A DNA stretch of 64,000 bases, taken from assembly GCA_963693365.1 (NCBI GenBank), contig CAVNZM010000001.1, positions 2,992,907-3,056,906 of the forward strand. Direction: 5' to 3'. Of the stretch, positions 50,532-64,000 are shown in pieces. Under the pieces are notes generated by a model. That model saw only the letters and a program-made list of their open reading frames with translations, was not told the DNA's origin and did not search any database. Position 1 is the first letter of the stretch, and the number at the start of each line of letters is the position of its first letter. A program made the translations under genes and the position numbers. This DNA is from Amoebidium appalachense. Taxonomy: Eukaryota; Protista; Ichthyosporea.

Positions 50532-51427
50532 CTTTGCTGCGTGAACAAGAGACAAAGAGAGGGTGAAGTGGAGAGAGAAAGAGAAAGAAAGGGAAAGGGA
50601 GAGTTGAAAAGCAAGATGAGAGAAACGCGGGGGGGGGGGAGAGATAGAGAAGGTAGAGAAAGAATGGGAGGTGGGCAAGAGAGTAGAAGCAAAAGGTGAG
50701 GTGAGGGGGAGAGGGGGAGCGAGAGGGAATTATTTGTTTAACGTTTTGCTATTCTGTAATTGGAGCTTGTGTTCCGCGGAGAATACGTTCTGAGTGATAC
50801 TGCCTACAACTGAAACGGGTACCGGCCGACACTTGACAGCTGAAAACTTTTCTCAGGCCTGTACAGCGGAGCACAAAAAAGTTAAAAATGCCTAAATCCG
50901 GAGGGAATAAATGCATGCATGATGACCGGCGAATAGCATCAAAGTTGAATAGAATATAACTTTTGTACCTTATCAAGTCTCTAATGAAAAACCTCGAACC
51001 AATCAAAATGTGCTACAATAATGACCCTGATGGCGCTTTTCTTAGAGCACGGTGTTCGCTTTCCCACAACTCTTTCCCACTGACTGGCTCCCACCAGACG
51101 TCCGCACTGAGCCATGACCATGGCCAGGAAGCGCTGCTTGACGTCGGTGACGGCATGCGCAGGCTCGGCCTGAAGCGTGACATTCACGTAGTTCAAAAAG
51201 AAGATGCAGAAATTTACAGCAAGAGGCAAAAGGTTTCAACTCGTGTTTGTATACTGTGACTGCACGCAATGTGGCCCAATTGCAGCATGTACTCCTAGGA
51301 GGGTGACGCGTCACTGAGATGCCAGTGAGTGGAACACTGTGCTCTTGAAATTTTGTGTGACGTTGGCGTAGATCTATTGGCTGTCAAGCACCAATGAAGT
51401 ATTGGTGTGCACAATGATCGGTATAAT

Positions 51428-52102
51428 ATCCAAATTCCGGAAATATTCCGGAAATTTTCACTTTTGTGAATTTCCACCGCACCAAATCACTAAATTACTC
51501 AAACAGATGTCACATCCAATGAAATATTTCCTTAAGTTTCCGGAAATTTCTGACGCTAATCAAAAATAGTCACTAAAATATCAGCCTTTTAAGGTTTGAT
51601 GGGAACGTTGCTGATTGGAAATTCCTGTTTCGCACCCGACCTCATGAAGAGTTGGAAATCTAGGAAATTTCGAACACTTTAGACTTTTTGTTGAATTCTG
51701 TTGGTCGTCACATTGAGTATTTATATGATTTTCACACAGTGTTCAGGTATCTCAGTATGCACTTGTTACTGGATAACTCGTGAAGTTTTTTTATTGCCTT
51801 CTCAGTATGCCGTGCGTACTTGCATATCTTTCCGTCGAATAAATCCAGTCAAAAGAAAAAGGAAATCAGATGTGCTTCTAATTATAAGTTCACAGTTACC
51901 TACGCGAATGGAAATTTTGGAAATTTCCACCTGAATTCTTAATAATGGAAATTGGGCATTTCCGGAAATTTCCAGAAATTTTAATTCGAAAAATAGTTCT
52001 GACTTACCTATCTGGGCCGGTGTGATTTCCAACCAATTTCCGGAAATTTCCGGAAATTTCCTTTTCCGGAAATGATTTCCACTTATTTCCGGAATTGGGC
52101 TA
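51428..52102. repeat. Cluster of palindromic TTCCGGAA / GGAAATTTCC motifs with imperfect inverted ends (MITE-like or regulatory)
   Basis: Four exact GGAAATTTCC (51919, 51964, 52042, 52052), about eight TTCCGGAA and several variants. The ends TATCCAAATTCCGGAAAT and ATTTCCGGAATTGGGCTA are imperfect inverted repeats. No clear TSD. Confidence 0.55.
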
Positions 52103-52410
52103 TCTCTCCTTGATCGCGTCTCATAGTATTATGTAAGCAACATAGCACAAGCTTATTGGTGTTTCTTCCTCCCTAAGAGCTTTATTAGGGTAGAAATAAC
52201 AATCGCTACATATGATTCGTTTTACATCATGCCTCTATAACTGCCATGCTCATGCGTGTTTATCGGAGCAAAAAGTATATAAACCTACCACCGGAACTCC
52301 TCATTACCAAAAAAGTTCACCAGGTCCAGAACGGTACGGTACGAAACGTAAACGGCATACTTCCTTACACTCTATCTCCTCCCGCCTTTTCTCCTCTTTT
52401 CACAGCCAAT

Positions 52411-53088
52411 ATGTCTCAAAGCAAACGTGACCACCACCTCGTTGTCACGCAAGACATGTACGACTACATTCTCTCCCATTCCCTTCGTGAGTCCCCGGAG
52501 GTTCAAGGCCTGCGCGAAGCAACATCAAAACACCCTTGGGCGCGCATGATGGGTGCGCCGGATGAAGCACAGTTGCTCGGCAACATTGCAAAGATCATGG
52601 GCGCCAGGAAGATGATTGAGGTGGGAACCTTCACCGGCTACACGGCATTGGTGCTTGCACAGGCACTCCCGGACGATGGAAAGTTGGTGTGTTTGGACGT
52701 AAGCACGGAGTACACGGAAATCGGCAGGCGTTTCTGGGAGAGTGCGGGTGTGAGCGGGAAGATTGACCTGGTCATTGGCCCAGCACTGGACAGTTTGGAC
52801 AAGATGCTTGACAACGGTGAAGAGGGAGAGCATGATTTTGCGTTCATTGACGCTGACAAGTTGAACTATGACAACTACTACGAGAGGCTGCTAAAGCTGG
52901 TCAGAAAGAACGGTGTTATTGTGGTCGACAATACGCTGTGGGGTGGTGCGGTGGTGCGACCTCATGAACCGGAGGATGAGAACACGGCGGCGTTGAAGAC
53001 ACTCAACGATAAGTTGGCTGGGGACCAGCGTGTGGATATCTCCTTTTTGGGCATTGCTGATGGTGTCACCATTCTGAGAAAGAAATGA
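52411..53088 (+). CDS. Class I cation-dependent SAM O-methyltransferase (CCoAOMT/COMTD1-like), paralog B, 225 aa
   Basis: Same length as paralog A and highly similar; motifs IEVGTFTGY, FIDADKLNY, VVDNTLWGG. TATATAAA at 52276 and a CACAG acceptor at 52401-52405 upstream. Confidence 0.93.
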   Translation: MSQSKRDHHLVVTQDMYDYILSHSLRESPEVQGLREATSKHPWARMMGAPDEAQLLGNIAKIMGARKMIEVGTFTGYTALVLAQALPDDGKLVCLDVSTEYTEIGRRFWESAGVSGKIDLVIGPALDSLDKMLDNGEEGEHDFAFIDADKLNYDNYYERLLKLVRKNGVIVVDNTLWGGAVVRPHEPEDENTAALKTLNDKLAGDQRVDISFLGIADGVTILRKK

Positions 53089-54082
53089 GCACGATCGTGG
53101 ACGTGGTGTGCAAAGCTCGGTGCGGGCTTGAGTTCATGAGCGTTATATAGAAACATTTTGTCAATGTACAGTGCATAATATTGCTTTGTTTTTGTAAAGA
53201 TAAAAGAGAAAATACTTTCTGTGTATATTAACAGGGACGAAATTTGTATAACAGGTTGCAGCGATTCATGATGTGCATGTAATCAGGAGACAGCTAGGGG
53301 GCGAAACGTTTATTTTCGGACTCAGTGCAGTATTATGGGTGTTGTCGACCCTCTGGTGGGCAGTCGCACAGAAGTGAAAGTGCGTGGCCGGTGGGCAGTC
53401 GCACAGAAGTGAAAGTGGCCTTACGTAGTGCTCCATGTGCACGATGCCCGCTCTACTCAGTGCTGTAATGAAGTATGTATTCAGTGCCTACATATCGGCA
53501 GACAGGAATGGTCCGTGTGATTCGGCGACGGTCATGCAAATTACAGTACAGGATGTTCCTGTTCATGTGCACTTCAACAGACTCACTTGGCCTCCCTACC
53601 CCCCCCCCCCCTCCCCCCCCCCCCTCCCCCCCCCTCCCCCCCCCCCCCCCCCCCAAAAAAAAAAAAAAAAAAAAAAGGTACACATCCCAGTCTTCCCCCC
53701 CACCGCCCCTCCCAGCTGCCCCTTCCCTCCCCCCTCCCCCCCCCCCCCCCCCCTCCCCCCTTCCCCCCCTCCCCCCCTTCCCTCCCTGCATATAGGCCAG
53801 CCTGGTGACTAGTGCCCGCCCGCCAATCCACGAGCCTCCCCCCCTCCCTCCCCCCTTCCCCCCCTCCCCCCCCCCCCTCCCTGCATATAGGCCAGCCTGG
53901 TAATTAGTGCCCGCCCGCCAATCCACGAGCCTCAGGGAGGGAAGGGGGGGGGGGGGGGGCTTGGGAGGGGGCGAGCTCGCGTTGGGGGGGAAAGGGGAGG
54001 GGGGAGGGAGGGGAGGGATATGGTGGGTTCGCCGAGAGGAAGAAGATCTTGAAGCAGGGCCGTTGGAATCCGGTACCGGGAA

Positions 54083-54114
<32 letters not shown>

Positions 54115-54674
54115 GGTGGGGGGGGGGGGGGGGGGGGGGAAGGTTTCTACTCGAGAAAGCAACTCCGGGGCCTTACTGTGGTACCGTAATGGTTTCCATG
54201 TTTATGAACCGAATTCTTTATCAGAATAACAACTCAAGCAGCAGTTGGGCAAGCTTCCCAAGAATAATGATACTTCAGTTTTTATTGAAGTTTGTACAGC
54301 CCGGCATCACATGAGTGGGCTTGTGCTGGAAGTGAACCGAAAGTATCCCCCCAAATGTCACACACCAATCACTGAGGCTCTAATGCACCGTACTTATTAC
54401 GCGAGGAAAACAAAGAACTTGCTCTTCTACCCTACGAGTGGCTGCCACAGGACAGGCACAAGATAACTTACGGTGCAAAAAGTGAATGGGCAAAAGCACT
54501 GCGGCAGTTCCATACAGATTCCTAGTCATATATATCTCTTCATTTCTTTAACAGCCCAGGGTCTCAAAAGAATATTGGTTTAGTTGTCTGTTCACTAAAG
54601 CAATCAGGGAGGATTGCACTCGTGCGCCACAAACCCGTTGCACTAATCAGACCCCACTGCGACAATTTTCAAAA

Positions 54675-63933
<9,259 letters not shown>

Positions 63934-64000
63934 CTGGGTGGGGCCGGGGGGAGGGGGCGAGGGAGGAGAATGGAGAGGGGAGGGGGGGGGGGGAGAGGGT

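Noticed and set aside
50532-50678. N-terminal extensions of the methyltransferase ORFs (also 52246-52410)
   Set aside because: Not shared between the paralogs; they are pyrimidine tract or 5'-UTR intron sequence ahead of the common MSQSKRD start.

Overview
Eukaryotic genomic DNA with spliceosomal GT-AG introns that are full of poly-C/G, (CA)n/(GT)n and (CT)n tracts. The gene content suggests a unicellular relative of animals (holozoan); this is an inference only. Most ORFs in the track are low-complexity artefacts. Genes reconstructed by hand: (1) 3' part of a protein with at least 5 SdrD-B/Cna-B-like repeats and 4 EGF domains (+); (2) 8-exon ING-family PHD protein (-); (3) 4-exon cathepsin L-like protease (+); (4) an intronless orphan ORF (+); (5) 3-exon twin-CX9C protein (-); (6) a flavin amine oxidase (+) whose third exon is interrupted by a 3.36-kb RNase H-containing non-LTR retrotransposon with a 16-bp TSD; (7) two head-to-head, intronless CCoAOMT-like O-methyltransferase paralogs; (8) a multi-exon Ca-binding-EGF plus choice-of-anchor-A gene (-) carrying several lesions. 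Mobile and repeat content: a second 5'-truncated copy of the same LINE family, also with a 16-bp TSD; a degenerate fragment of a different LINE; and a ~451-bp structured repeat family, both tandem and dispersed. Best leads: a conserved H-type pseudoknot plus terminal hairpin in the LINE 3' UTR; the 451-bp element, which carries hammerhead core motifs in a non-canonical order and a fixed poly(C) end; two independent fusions of bacterial-adhesin modules with EGF repeats; and an in-frame exonic LINE insertion.
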